A stretch of DNA of 64,000 bases, from positions 409,572,001-409,636,000 of the forward strand of contig OZ024740.1 in the NCBI GenBank assembly GCA_964016885.1, given 5' to 3'. This DNA is from Eledone cirrhosa. Lineage: Eukaryota. Position 1 is the stretch's first letter. Each line of letters starts with the position of its first letter. The translations under genes and the position numbers were made by a program. The notes beneath the pieces are model-generated. The model had not been told where the DNA came from and did not search any database. It saw only the letters and a list, made by a program, of their open reading frames with translations. Below are positions 1-14,405 of this stretch, in pieces.

Positions 1-3000
1 TGTTAAGGCATAAGTTCTGGGGTTAAAATGACAGTTGTTAAGGCATAAGTTTTGGGGATAAAAATGACAGTTGTTAAGGCATAAGTTCTGGGGTTAAAAT
101 GACAGTTGTTAAGACATAAGTTCTGGAGATAAAATGACAGTTGTTAAGGCAAAAGTTCTGGGGTTAAAATGGAAGTTGTTAAGACATAAGTTCTGGGGTT
201 AAAATGACAGTTGTTACGGCATAAGTTCTGGAGATAAAATGACAGTTGTTACGGCATAAGTTCTGGAGATAAAATGACAGTTGTTAAGACATAAGTTCTG
301 GGGTTAAAATGACAGTTGTTACGGCATAAGTTCTGGAGATAAAATGACAGTTGTTAAGGCATAAGTTCTGTGGTTAAAATGGAAGTTGTTAAGACATAAG
401 TTCTGGGGTTAAAATGACAGTTGTTACGGCATAAGTTCTGGGGTTAAAATGGCAGTTGTTAAGACATAAGTTCTGTGGTTAAAATGACAGTTGTTACGGC
501 ATAAGTTCTGGAGATAAAATGACAGTTGTTAAGACATAAGTTCTGGGGTTAAAATGACAGTTGTTACGGCATAAGTTCTGGGGTTAAAATGACAGTTGTT
601 ACGGCATAAGTTCTGGGGTTAAAATGACAGTTGTTAAGGCATAAGTTCTGTGGTTAAAATGGCAGTTGTTAAGACATAAGTTCTGGGGTTAAAATGACAG
701 TTGTTACGGCATAAGTTCTGGGGTTAAAATGACAGTTGTTACGGCATAAGTTCTGGAGATAAAATGACAGTTGTTAAGACATAAGTTCTGGGGTTAAAAT
801 GACAGTTGTTACGGCATAAGTTCTGGAGATAAAATGACAGTTGTTAAGACATAAGTTCTGGGGTTAAAATGACAGTTGTTACGGCATAAGTTCTGGAGAT
901 AAAATGACAGTTGTTAAGACATAAGTTCTGGGGTTAAAATGACAGTTGTTACGGCATAAGTTCTGGAGATAAAATGACAGTTGTTAAGACATAAGTTCTG
1001 GGGTTAAAATGACAGTTGTTAAGGCATAAGTTCTGTGGTTAAAATGACAGTTGTTACGGCATAAGTTCTGGGGATAAAATGACAGTTGTTAAGACATAAG
1101 TTCTGGGGTTAAAATGACAGTTGTTACGGCATAAGTTCTGGGGTTAAAATGACAGTTGTTAAGACATAAGTTCTGGGGTTAAAATGACAGTTGTTAAGGC
1201 ATAAGTTCTGGAGATAAGATGACAGTTGTTAAGGCATAAGTTCTGGAGATAAAATGACAGTTGTTACGGCATAAGTTCTGGGGTTAAAATGACAGTTGTT
1301 AAGACATAAGTTCTGGGGTTAAAATGACAGTTGTTAAGACATAAGTTCTGGGGTTAAAATGACAGTTGTTAAGGTATAAGTTCTGTGGTTAAAATGACAG
1401 TTGTTACGGCATAAGTTCTGGAGATAAAATGACAGTTGTTAAGGCATAAGTTTTGGGGATAAAAATGACAGTTGTTAAGGCATAAGTTCTGGAGATAAGA
1501 TGACAGTTGTTACGGCATAAGTTCTGGAGATAAAATGACAGTTGTTAAGACATAAGTTCTGGGGTTAAAATGACAGTTGTTACGGCATAAGTTCTGGGGT
1601 TAAAATGACAGTTGTTAAGACATAAGTTCTGGGGTTAAAATGACAGTTGTTAAGGCATAAGTTCTGGAGATAAGATGACAGTTGTTACGGCATAAGTTCT
1701 GGAGATAAAATGACAGTTGTTAAGACATAAGTTCTGGGGTTAAAATGACAGTTGTTACGGCATAAGTTCTGGGGTTAAAATGACAGTTGTTAAGACATAA
1801 GTTCTGGGGTTAAAATGACAGTTGTTAAGGCATAAGTTCTGGAGATAAGATGACAGTTGTTAAGGCATAAGTTCTGGAGATAAAATGACAGTTGTTACGG
1901 CATAAGTTCTGGGGTTAAAATGACAGTTGTTAAGACATAAGTTCTGGGGTTAAAATGACAGTTGTTAAGACATAAGTTCTGGGGTTAAAATGACAGTTGT
2001 TAAGGTATAAGTTCTGTGGTTAAAATGACAGTTGTTACGGCATAAGTTCTGGAGATAAAATGACAGTTGTTAAGGCATAAGTTTTGGGGATAAAAATGAC
2101 AGTTGTTAAGGCATAAGTTCTGGAGATAAGATGACAGTTGTTACGGCATAAGTTCTGGAGATAAAATGACAGTTGTTAAGACATAAGTTCTGGGGTTAAA
2201 ATGACAGTTGTTACGGCATAAGTTCTGGGGTTAAAATGACAGTTGTTAAGACATAAGTTCTGGAGATAAAATGACAGTTGTTAAGGCATAAGTTCTGGGG
2301 TTAAAATGACAGTTGTTAAGGCATAAGTTCTGTGGTTAAAATGACAGTTGTTACGGCATAAGTTCTGGAGATAAAATGACAGTTGTTAAGACATAAGTTC
2401 TGGGGTTAAAATGACAGTTGTTAAGGCATAAGTTCTGGGGTTAAAATGACAGTTGTTAAGGCATATGTTCTGGAGATAAAATGACAGTTGTTAAGGCATA
2501 AGTTCTGGAGATAAGATGACAGTTGTTAAGGCATAAGTTCTGTGGTTAAAATGACAGTTGTTAAGACATAAGTTCTGGGGTTAAAATGACAGTTGTTAAG
2601 GCATAAGTTCTGTGGTTAAAATGACAGTTGTTAAGGCATAAGTTCTGGAGATAAAATGACAGTTGTTAAGACATAAGTTCTGGGGTTAAAATGACAGTTG
2701 TTAAGGCATAAGTTCTGGGGTTAAAATGACAGTTGTTAAGGCATAAGTTCTGGGGTTAAAATGACAGTTGTTAAGGCATAGGGTTAAAATGACAGTTGTT
2801 AAGGCATAAGTTCTGGAGATAAAATGACAGTTGTTAAGGCATAAGTTCTGGGGTTAAAATGACAGTTGTTACGGCATAAGTTCTGGGGTTAAAATGACAG
2901 TTGTTACGGCATAAGTTCTGGAGATAAAATGACAGTTGTTAAGGCATAAGTTCTGGGGTTAAAATGGCAGTTGTTAAGGCATAAGTTCTGGGGTTAAAAT

Positions 3001-3035
3001 GGCAGTTGTTAAGGCATATGTTCTGGGGTTAAAAT
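1..3035. repeat. 35-bp tandem satellite, ~86 copies, consensus TGTTAAGGCATAAGTTCTGGGGTTAAAATGACAGT; continues past the window start
   Basis: Unit repeats every 35 nt with a few recurring variants (AAGG/ACGG/AAGA; GGGGTT/GGAGAT/GTGGTT). No unique spacers. Confidence 0.97.
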
Positions 3036-3237
3036 CCCGCTAGGTTCTTTTTATTTACTAACTCCAAGCAAAGCAATAAATCCTCTAAAATGCAGGTGTT
3101 ACTGAGGAAGGAAAAGGACAAGACAGAGAGAAGATGACGATTGATGCTGCTTTCAATATTTGCAAATTGTAGTGGACAGAAAAGTGAGAAACTGAAAGAC
3201 AATCCATAGGCAGGTTTTATAAAATAAAGTTCTGCAA

Positions 3238-3362
3238 CTTAGTGGTTACGGTGTTGGGCTCATGATCGTGATGTCATGGGTTCAATTCTTGGACTGGGTG
3301 TTGTTTTTGAGCAAAACATTTCATTTCATGTTTCTCCAATCAACTCAACTGAAAACGAGCAC
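3238..3362 (+). mobile_element. Degenerate tRNA-derived SINE (same family as 26095-26311, 32880-33020, 61381-61540)
   Basis: A-box-like TAGTGGTTA, B-box-like GGTTCAATTC, then the TTGAGCAA..CA.TT.ATTTCA core shared with the other copies. Confidence 0.6.
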
Positions 3363-4129
3363 CTGGAGTAGAGGGTGAAGTGTTTAACCCTGTACTGGAT
3401 TGGTGCATTATCCAAGCGGAAGTCTATTCTCAGTCATTTAACACCAATAAAATTGGGATAATTGCAGCCTGATGAAGATAGATTTTAACCTTTAACATAG
3501 CAGTGGATTGGCCGAATTGTTAGAGTGTTGGATGAGATACCTTGCAGTATCTGTTCTGGCACTTTGCTTTCTCAGTTCAAACTTCTACCTGGAGATTTCA
3601 ATCACACCAAAGGCCAGGGTAAATTATATGAAGATGGTATCACCACTGATTATGAAAGCTTGAATGGCTGAAAGAAAATTGTACCCATCTGTAACTGCAA
3701 TGGAATGATGGTGGGGATGACAGTCTGGTATATGATGTTAAGCAATAAACAAATAAAAAACAAAATGAAGAATTTAATTAATCCATTGTTTTACGATTGT
3801 AGTGCAATTCTAAACAAAAAAAAACTCAAAAAAGCACATCTGTTTTTTTTTTGTTTTTTTTTTTGTCTATCCTCAGAAGCATTGTTTCTTTTTCTGGGAT
3901 CCGCACAATGTTAAAAGGTTTGGCCATAAATATGTTGTGGTTACAACTTCTGGGAACTACAGGAAGTGTTGCTGTGTTGGTGTTAGCAGGCTAGTGGAAG
4001 TGGTCTAGGTAGCTGTTTGTAGCTGTTTGTAGCTTCTCTCCACTTCTGAGGAAATGGATGATATTCTCTAATAGGTGGAGGCGATTGCAATACCCAAGCC
4101 AGAAACCCTCTTACGCACAGAGGACATGT

Positions 4130-4790
4130 TTTTGATTCAGTTTCCACCGAGTAGAAAAAGTTGTCCTTCGCAGAATATTGTGAAACAAACTTCTCCTTCT
4201 TACTCCTAGGAGGGTTGTAGGAGCAAAGTCCTCATGCACACATTCCAGTAGATCCTGTCAGAAGCAACCGTTTTCAATTGATCTGACTAGGATTCCCAAA
4301 CGAGACCAGCCGAGTTCATGGATGTTATCCAAACACCTTTCTCGGAATCAACAACTGGGTCGCCCGTAAAATCTAACCAGCGATTTTTTTTCCTGAGACA
4401 TTCTGACCATATGTCCGTAGTATAGGACCTGTGATCTATCAATTCGGAGAACTAGTGGCTCTACTTGGAGTGACTCTCTGATTTCCGAGCCATGCACTCT
4501 ATCGAGTAACTTTACTCCAAAAACCCTTCAGAGGAAACCCATTTCAGCTCCTTGTATTCACGATCGTATTCTTTCGGTCACCACCCTTTTCATGGTTGGC
4601 AGGAATACTGAATCAAAGATAGAAAGTTTGGCTATTATACTTACCTCAGTTCTTCCGGATATCCCCAGTCCGGCCTCCTGTTGATTTAATCAATCTAATA
4701 TTTTCCTCCATGCCTGCACCATCCCCGCGATTCCACATCAACGATGGTTGAGTTGCATAACGTAGACTGCTTTTCCTACAATTACATCAT
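4130..4790 (-). mobile_element. Decayed RTE-clade LINE 3' fragment
   Basis: Minus strand reads YYGHMVRMSQE, typical of the RTE C-terminus. Clear similarity to 39250-39750. Confidence 0.7.
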
Positions 4791-4814
4791 GGTTAACTAA
4801 ACCGAATACCCAAT

Positions 4815-4851
<37 letters not shown>

Positions 4852-4859
4852 ATATTATA

Positions 4860-5588
<729 letters not shown>

Positions 5589-5673
5589 AAAGGGTAAACA
5601 GAAATATCAACACAATCGGTACAGTATATGGAAGGGATATATTAGGTTAACGTTTGATATAGCAGGAAGAGGG

Positions 5674-5709
5674 TCTTAACGTTTCGGACGCTAGTCCTTC
5701 ATCAGAAGA
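5674..5709 (-). ncRNA. Minimal type I hammerhead ribozyme (Penelope type, palindromic stem III)
   Basis: Minus strand: UCUU-CUGAUGA-A-GGAC UAGC GUCC-GAAACGUU/AAGA. Confidence 0.75.
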
Positions 5710-5835
5710 AAGAATGAGAAATAAGATAGATTGAGGGGACGGGCGGGATGGAATTGGAAATTGGAAATGTCTTTAGATGAAAATAACAGGTCCATTCATG
5801 TTAACATCTCTTGCAAAATATACATATGTATACAT

Positions 5836-5937
<102 letters not shown>

Positions 5938-6192
5938 GGGATAGCACTACGACAGCATAGTAGAGCTCGCACTACATGAAAATATATCATCAAGCAAAAC
6001 ACTATAAAGATTATAGTCTATTTCATACCAGTACGTTTGGAGTAAGTATCGCTGATGAAAGATTAACAAATCTTGAAGCAGCACTGTTACACATTCTCAA
6101 AACCTACTGGCAACCCTGTGATCTATTTAGCATCGTGGCTACCGATATGTTTATTGTATATAAACGTATTATACCTGTTTATATACGTTTCC

Positions 6193-6266
<74 letters not shown>

Positions 6267-6295
6267 ATTTATTTATTTCTCTCTCACTTTCTCTT

Positions 6296-6327
<32 letters not shown>

Positions 6328-6878
6328 GGACCGCAGCGTAGTCGGATGGTTTAGTTCAATTTGCAATCAATACAATAGATCCTGTGTTTGGTCCCACGCA
6401 GTGACCTACGGTCGATCCAAACCTTGTGAGTGAAATTGGATAGACGGAAACTGTTTGGATGCCCGTCAGATGGATTGCATCTGTTATTTAACCCTTTAGC
6501 ATTTACATTATTCTATATATACTATTGTATTTTCACAGTAAAGGCTTTACCTCACATAATATCGAATCTATTAGATTTTGATAGTATTTATTTTAAGAAC
6601 AATACCTTACAATCAGTATGAGTGGTTAGTAACAGCCGATTTGAACAGAAAGAGGTGAGAGAATTCTGGCCAGATATGGCCGGTTTAATGTAAAGGGTTA
6701 AAGGATTGGACTCATCATACACTGTCACACAGAACCTCCCTTAAAAAGTACGTTAAGACTATGTAAGTATGTGGACTGGTGTACCATTTACACGCTAATT
6801 TCCTAAGCAGGCTTTTCTATTCATCGAAAAACTGAAACCGCTGCTGGTCCATTTCATATATATATATATATATATATA

Positions 6879-8430
6879 ATTTATGCCCTTAAATGTAAAG
6901 GATGCAATGAAGATTATATAGGACAAACTAAACTCACACTAAGAAACAGAATGACAGTTCATCGCCAATAATTACGAGATCCAACCACGAGACAGATACC
7001 ACTAAGTGCACATCTCGACACATGCGCAAGTAATAAGACACCCAAATTCCAACTCTTCCCATTTTACCTTTACGCTGACAATACAACAGAACAAATACGA
7101 ATAAATAAAGAAAATATGTTTATTCAAAAATATAGACCAGCATTAAATATAGTTTAACATACATTATGTCAACACCATAACATGCTAACCATCCAAACAG
7201 ACACATACATACACACAGAACACCTACTTTAGAAAATAAAAACCAGAACTAAATAAACCTTAACATACGTTAATACTCTAACACCTTAACATGCTACCCC
7301 CCCCCCCCCTACACACACACAGACATAACTCCCTCCCCCATTTCTACTAACGGAATCATTTTCATACACACACACACACACACACACAATATATATATAT
7401 TCTCTCCATCTTAACATGCTAACCATACTCCCACACACACACATAACACCCATACACACACACATACCCCCCCCACACACACATACAACTCCCTCCCCAT
7501 TTCTACTAATAGAATCACTTTCCTACACACACACACACAAAATTTATATATTCTCTCCATCTTAACATGCTAATTATACTCCCACACACACATACCCACA
7601 CATAACACCCATACACACACACACACATACACACAACTCCCTCCCCCATTTCTACTAATCATCTTCCTACACACACAAGCACACAAATAAACATACATAT
7701 CTCTACTTTCTTTATTTCAATAGAAAGTCTAAATTCTGACACGCCAGCGAACCAGCCATATTCACTGAACCAGAACAATTCTCCCCATCCCATTTCTCTT
7801 GACCATTATCTTTTGTTTGCCACAAAATTCTCTAAAAGGCTACAAAACAAATTCCCAAATATGGGCACAAAAATTAATGAACTTGTTCACGTGACAGTTA
7901 TAATTTCATTTTTAACCAATCAAATTACTTTTTTCAAAAAAGAGCCTTCGTGAGTCACTTTTTTTAAGTAAAAGAAATTCAAACCCAAACTGGTGCGAAA
8001 GCTGATGTGCTTATTCACGTGACTCCATCAACCAACCAAACTTCATCATATATGAAAAAACAACCTGACCCCCCCCCCCTTTGTTTGAAGAACTTTGTAA
8101 CGCGAACTGGCGCGAAATGTATTATACTTATTCACCAACCAATCAAATTACTTCTCTAAAAACCTGGCATTTCGAGCCACTTTTTGCCATATAAAACAAG
8201 TAACATTCAAAGACCAACCAGATGTGAGAAAAACCACAGACTCTCCATCTCAACTATACTTTTGAAAAGCAGAAGAACTGCGAAACCGGTAAAGGAACCA
8301 AATAAATATATATATTTAAAAAAAAAAAGACTCCAGTTGCATTTTCGATTTCATCTTTTTTCCTTATACTTTCACTCGTGTAGGACACCTCGGTTATTTT
8401 TCATTTTGTAAAGAAAACCTCACTTTCTAA
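6879..8430 (+). mobile_element. Penelope-like element 3' remnant: GIY-YIG endonuclease C-terminus plus 3' UTR
   Basis: 6879-7156 reads IYALKCKGCNEDYIGQTKLTLRNRMTVHRQ*LRDP...KENMFIQKYRPALN with one stop. Homologous to 49182-50054. Variant hammerhead at 8259-8294. Confidence 0.85.
8259..8294 (+). ncRNA. Minimal hammerhead with U3-A8 core variant
   Basis: CUU-UUGAAAA-GCAG AAGAA CUGC-GAAACCGGUA/AAG, in the expected position of a Penelope 3' UTR. Confidence 0.6.
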
Positions 8431-8861
8431 TATATATATATATATATATGAAATGGACCAGCAACGGTTTCAGTTTTTCGATGAATAGAAAAGCCTGCTT
8501 AGGAAATTAGCGTGTAAATGGTACACCAGTCCACATACTTACATAGTCTTAACGTACTTTTTAAGGGAGGTTCTGTGTGACAGTGTATGATGAGTCCAAT
8601 CCTTTAACCCTTTACATTAAACCGGCCATATCTGGCCAGAATTCTCTCGCCTCTTTCTGTTCAAATCGGCTGTTACTAGCCACTCATACTGATGTTAAGG
8701 TATTGTTCTTAAAATAAATACTATCAAAATCTAATAGATTCGATATTATGTGAGATAAAGCCTTTACTGTGAAAATACAATAGTATATATATACGTACGT
8801 AGGTGCATTGTTATATAAACATGTTTTAACGGTATATACTCCTTTGTATTCATTTCTTTTG

Positions 8862-8894
<33 letters not shown>

Positions 8895-8895
<1 letters not shown>

Positions 8896-9841
8896 GGCGG
8901 GTAAAATTCCCGAGATATCTGCAGCGGTCTCTGTCCCTCATTGTCGCTGCCATGTCCTGCGTATCCAACAGACCAGTGTCTGTCCTTAGGGCATCAACAT
9001 ACGTTAACCTTGGTCTTCCTCTTCCAGTGTATCCATGCAAGGGCTCCCACAGGAGCACTGAGTAGTGTAGTGTCAACTCTGGATGTCGGTGAGCGTCTCC
9101 AGCTAACCTCAGTCTCCTCTGTGTCACTTTTGAGCTGACTTTTGGGAGGCTCCCATACAGCTCTGAGTTTTTCATCCTCAGTGTATACTGATTAATGTTC
9201 AGATCCATCCTCAGCATTCTCGTGTAGCACCCATCTACCACCTGAGTGAGTTTCTTGGTCAGTATCCAAGTCTCAGACCCGTACAGCAGCACAGATTCCA
9301 CTACAGCAATGAAGAGGCGGATCTTCAGGTCTTTACGAAGGTCCGATTTCCACACCGATCTCAAACTGTGGCATGACGCCCAGGCTTTGCTCTTCCTCTC
9401 AACCACATCATCCTCCGTATTCCCAATCATTACACCTGATGGGATGACAGAGTTCTTTGAGATACTGGCTGGAGTGCTCCAGAGAGATACATTGGCTCCC
9501 TACCTTTTTATCATCGTAGTGGACTATTGTATGCGCCTTGCACTGGAGACACACAAGGACTCTGGCTTTACTGTAACACCGGCTCAGAGCAGGAGAGTTA
9601 AGGCGAAAAAGGTATCGGATGCTGAATTTGCCGACGACATAGTTTTGGTGACAAATACAGTGAAGGAGTCAGAGGATTTGACGCAGGAAGTTGAGACTGT
9701 GTCGATGAGTGTGGGGCTGAGAATGAATGAGACTAAGACAAAATGTCTGGTAGAGAATGTTGAGAAGCCAGAGGGGATTACTAATGTAGGCGGGAAGCCG
9801 CTGCAATTAGTTGAGGACTTCCTGTATTTGGGAGCAAAGAT
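8895..9841 (-). mobile_element. 5'-truncated, 5'-inverted RTE-like LINE
   Basis: Minus 9428-8895 encodes the C-terminus (VESVLLYGSETW...GRGRP). Plus 9428-9841 encodes the RT core (GVLQRDTLAPYLF, FADD, YLG). Confidence 0.88.
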
Positions 9842-9852
9842 ATATATATATA

Positions 9853-10347
<495 letters not shown>

Positions 10348-11189
10348 CTCATAGCAGATGCATGATGAGATACAGAGTGGATATATGGAAGAGAAAGAAT
10401 CGCAACGGAGAGCCCACCCGTTTCAACTTCAGTTTCACAAGAATTTTCATGGATACATTTGCAATTACTTCTGGAACTTCAGTTGAGACGGCGTACATAC
10501 ATATTTATATGCGTGTGTGTGTGTATGTGTGTGTGTGTGGGGGGGGGGGGGGTACATATGTATACATTGTTATATTTGGGGGTAGTTATTTTACCAATTT
10601 TGCCTATAAAACACGCATTATTTGATTTTCAATTCAGCTTTATTATTAGTTATCAGTTAGTTCGTCAAAATTCTTTCGCCACAAATTCTGTGAACTCCTC
10701 AGTGGCATTTGTTCTTCTGCGCATCTCTTCTTTTCAGCCTTAATTCATTTACTCCATCTTGTCTTTCTGTTGTACATTTTTCTTGCCTGCGCGTTCGTTT
10801 GCGTCTGTACTAGTGTGTGTGTGTATATGTGTTTGGTATGCGTATCTTTGTCTTGTGTGCGTGGGGGGGGGGGGTTGTATATTGCACTGTTTGTACCTGT
10901 GTCTTCCCTTCTTTTTTCCTCTGTCTTCAGTACGTAGGTTGTGGGCTGGGGGTGTTACTATTCCAAACTTGTTTTTTGTTGAGCCTCGGTCTACTTTCTA
11001 TTATTGTGTAGCCTCCGTAATTGTCTGATTGTTGTGTCGGTTCTATGTGTGGATAGGATCTTAACTTCTATGTTATCTATCGAGCCCTCATTTTGGTATA
11101 TTACTGATGAGTTTTTCTCCTCCTTACGTTCTCGCCAGCCTTCTTTTATCCTCTCTCCTATGCTTAGACCCGGTCGTGATTGCACATGT

Positions 11190-11775
11190 TTGCGCTTCCC
11201 CTACAAAATCCTTGATGACAAGTGCCAACCTCTGGCCAAAATCTTAAACTCTGTGTTCAGCAGAGTCATGGACCTGATGTTATCTAACGTATCCCTCTCG
11301 TTCTCATCTTTCCTTATGAGCGTCACTACGCCCGGCTCACAGAACTGGGAATACTCCCGTTCTGCTGCCAGTTGTAGTAGTGCGTTTCGAGGAGATTGGA
11401 GAACAGGTCTGGCATATATACGTAAAGCTCGTAGGGCAGACCATCCAAACTGGGTGTCTTGCGCCTCGAGCAGCCGACTAGGGTATCCCTGAATCTCGGC
11501 TGAAGTTATCGGCATTTCTGCTGGCGAGAGACGCAGTAGGCCATCGAGGTAGGGACTGAAATCCGCTACTGTCTTCATCTAGCACCTCCCCTCCGAACAG
11601 CCGAGAAAAGTGCTGGTGAGAGGCCTCACACATCTGCTTCGACTCGTTCAGCTCGCATTCGTTTCGGTCGGTCAAAGACCGAATCGAAGTTTTATTACTA
11701 CGTTGTGCCTCTTCTACGCGGGCCAATCGAACAGCTTTCATTCCCTCGTTTCTTAGAGCACACACCTTAGCTCTT
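11190..11775 (-). mobile_element. Decayed L1/Tx1-type ORF2 fragment related to the 15.2-20.8 kb element
   Basis: DNIRSMTLLNTEFKILA matches DNFRPITLLNTEFKILA at ~17150; QHFSRLFG matches QHFAQLFG. Confidence 0.85.
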
Positions 11776-12754
11776 AATGAACCAAATCAGAACAATTTGC
11801 TCCAAAGGGTGGTTAACAAAAATTGAAATTGAGTCAATCAAAAGGGGGTTAGAATCAACAGAAGAAACAGAAATAAGAGATACAAACAAACCTAACAGTC
11901 TGGAAGTAGAAAGTGCTATCGCCATGCAGGATGAATTTCAAGAAAATGATGTTTAAGAGTCCACGGGAAGTGAGCACTGTTAAAAAAGGGAACATAGCTT
12001 CAGAAGAAACGGAAAAGTACCGGACTATTTGCAAAAGAATACTAAATTTCATCCTTTTATGTTATGAAATATACATTTCACCGTGGTTGTCATATTCTTT
12101 CATTTTTCTGAGTTTGATACAATAAGGAGCAAACATGTATTCGATTGAATTTTATCGAACATAACTCTACGTTGCAAATATTTAACAAATCATTAATCTC
12201 TTGCTGATGGTGACAGAAAGAAGCAGGAAAAATAATGTGTCGTAGCTTCTGTAATAGGTTTTCTCTGTCAACATTTTGAGATGTAATACTATCGGTGTGT
12301 TGTTCAACCATTTAGATATAGCTTAAAAACGGATGAACTTAAACAGATACACTACATAAAAAGAAAAGGTTTTAAAAGATAACCCACGCACTTAATTGTT
12401 CACGGAACACACCACCAAGCAGATGGTGGCAAAGATTCTGTCACCGAAGAATTATGTTCATGCCTCCGGTCTATACTATCGATGTGAATTTAGGAAATCA
12501 GTTTCAACTCAGAATTGAAACTACACCGCAATCTCATTTCACTGAAGATTTGTTTTGGAAATAATAAATCACACGATTATTTTGAAAGAAAATACAAGCG
12601 TAAAATAAAATAAGAATAATTAAACAAAATACAAGATATACTTTATGTTATCATTTGTTCATTTAATGAGAAAATTTAATACAAAATTTGAAGGAGTATA
12701 ATCAATGCAAAGACTGCATATAATCTTTTATTGTGCTTCTTTACATATGCGCTT

Positions 12755-12953
12755 CTATCTCATAGCCTTCACAAATTCCTCATAATCAATCTTATCGTCG
12801 TCTTTGCTAATAGACCGTATCAACTCTTCTATATCCTGCGTAGAGGGATCCAAACCAATTGATTCCATAGCTTTTTTTAGTTCATTTTTAGTAATGAAAC
12901 CAGATTTGTCTTTGTCAAATTCGTCAAAAGCTTTTTTCAGCTCACCTTCATCA
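12755..12953 (-). CDS. Calmodulin-like EF-hand protein, last coding exon (EF3-EF4)
   Basis: Acceptor ttcttttctttatctag, then (H)DEGELKKAFDEFDKDKSGFITKNELKKAMESIGLDPSTQDIEELIRSISKDDDKIDYEEFVKAMR*. AATAAA at 12732-12727. Confidence 0.9.
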
Positions 12954-14219
12954 CTAGATAAAGAAAAGAAGTAACAGTGAAAACCCTACATTAGTAACTA
13001 TAGAAAACAAATGTATTTGTAGAAAAAGACAAAAACAATAAAATAATGCTGGTTCCTTTAGAATAGTACAAAAGATTTTCGATTTTTGCAGGTGAAGACA
13101 TTTGATATAGTGTAGATCCTAATATACTACTTATAGCCAGCATTTAAAAAAAATCAGCTAGAACCAAACCAATACTCTCCATTACTAAAATGTAAATGCA
13201 CCTCCATAACTCACCCTTCAATAATTTTATCATAATAAATTAAACTTAAAATACCATGGTTCAAAATGTTGATTGTTTTAATGCTTTGCCATACTAGGAA
13301 CAGGAGCAGAGCACACAGATTCGTTATCCGTGTGATAGGCGGTGCAAGATAATCAGATTTTCGTGCGAGTCATTTCAAATCTTTCAGAAATTTAATTACA
13401 TATATGGTTGCCTACTTTATAGGCGTTAGAAGTAATATATTTCGGGAACTTGATGACCTTTTGATTCAAGTCATTGACTTCAGATAGGTTCCTCTGCCCA
13501 ACATTATGTCACCGTTGGTCAATGGATTACTCTTTTGCCGAGATGATTTCACATCCACCATCCTCCTTTGCATGATTTCGCATGTGACTTTGTACTGTGG
13601 CTGTCAGGTGCTGCACCTTTCCTATGAGCAGTCTATGATTATTTCAGGAAAGGCTCTTATTTTTACATTCGCTACTAACACCTATATCTAGAAATCATTA
13701 TCCCATCTCCCACATTGGAACCCACCGGATTGGAGCTTCCTCTCTCCCACATGTAAAATACTCACCCAAATAGTATCAATCGTTGAATGCAGACACCCAA
13801 GACTAAACCATTAGATTTTCACTCAAACCCAAACTGAGCTATTTTGGCTAACAATAACAGTTCGCTAACTACGAAGCATATAATTCCTCTGAATGACTCA
13901 ACGCTTATCATAGTATACAGTCTGCCAGAATTTGGTTAACCTTACGCGCTAACAAATAGAAAATTTCAAAAATTTTACCATATGACTAGTCCGACCCTTT
14001 ATGTTCTGAGTTTAAATACAGCCGAGATTAGCTTTGTCTTTCAATCCTAGGTAATGGTTGTGTATGTCAGCACATTCGAGAACTAGTAACATTACAAGTT
14101 ATATTACAATGGTAGGCTTAGATTGTGGCCCCCAAGAAATGTCGTTTCTTACATGTCTTTGTGTTTTCGAATTTCTAAGTCACCCGAGGTTTTCTTGCTC
14201 AAGAATTTTTTTTAAATAA

Positions 14220-14405
14220 TTGTTTCTACTTTAGGCACAAGGCCAGCAATTACCCAGTGCATTACTGGTACTTTATTTTATCGACCCCGTAAGGATGAAA
14301 GACAAAGTCAACCTCGGCGGGATTTGAACTCAGATCGTAAAGGGACGTAACTATGCTGGAAAGCATGGCGTCCGACCCTCTACCGATACTGCCAATCCAC
14401 CGCCC
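14220..14405 (-). mobile_element. tRNA-derived SINE (family with GGATTGGCAGTATCGGTAGAG...GTTCAAATCC...GAGGTTAACTTTGCC core)
   Basis: Near-identical to the copies at 23325-23508, 24038-24425 and 38140-38530. Confidence 0.85.

Larger units (their letters stand above)
6514..8790. repeat. ~350-bp inverted repeat pair (6514-6860 and 8440-8790) enclosing the Penelope remnant
   Basis: Arms are reverse complements with only a few differences. Both inner ends are (TA)n. Confidence 0.9.

Noticed and set aside
1-3035. CRISPR-like array (35-bp repeats)
   Set aside because: Repeats are contiguous with no unique spacers, there are no cas genes, and the context is eukaryotic.
6052-6100. CTGATGA-AAGAT..ATCTT-GAAG hammerhead-like motif
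   Set aside because: GAAA is mutated to GAAG and there is no stem I pairing; at most a dead relic.
13213-13283. Possible extra minus-strand exon (ag...GG|gtgagt) between EF exons 2 and 3
   Set aside because: No EF-hand similarity, start phase incompatible with exon 2, and exons 2 and 3 already join into a complete protein.
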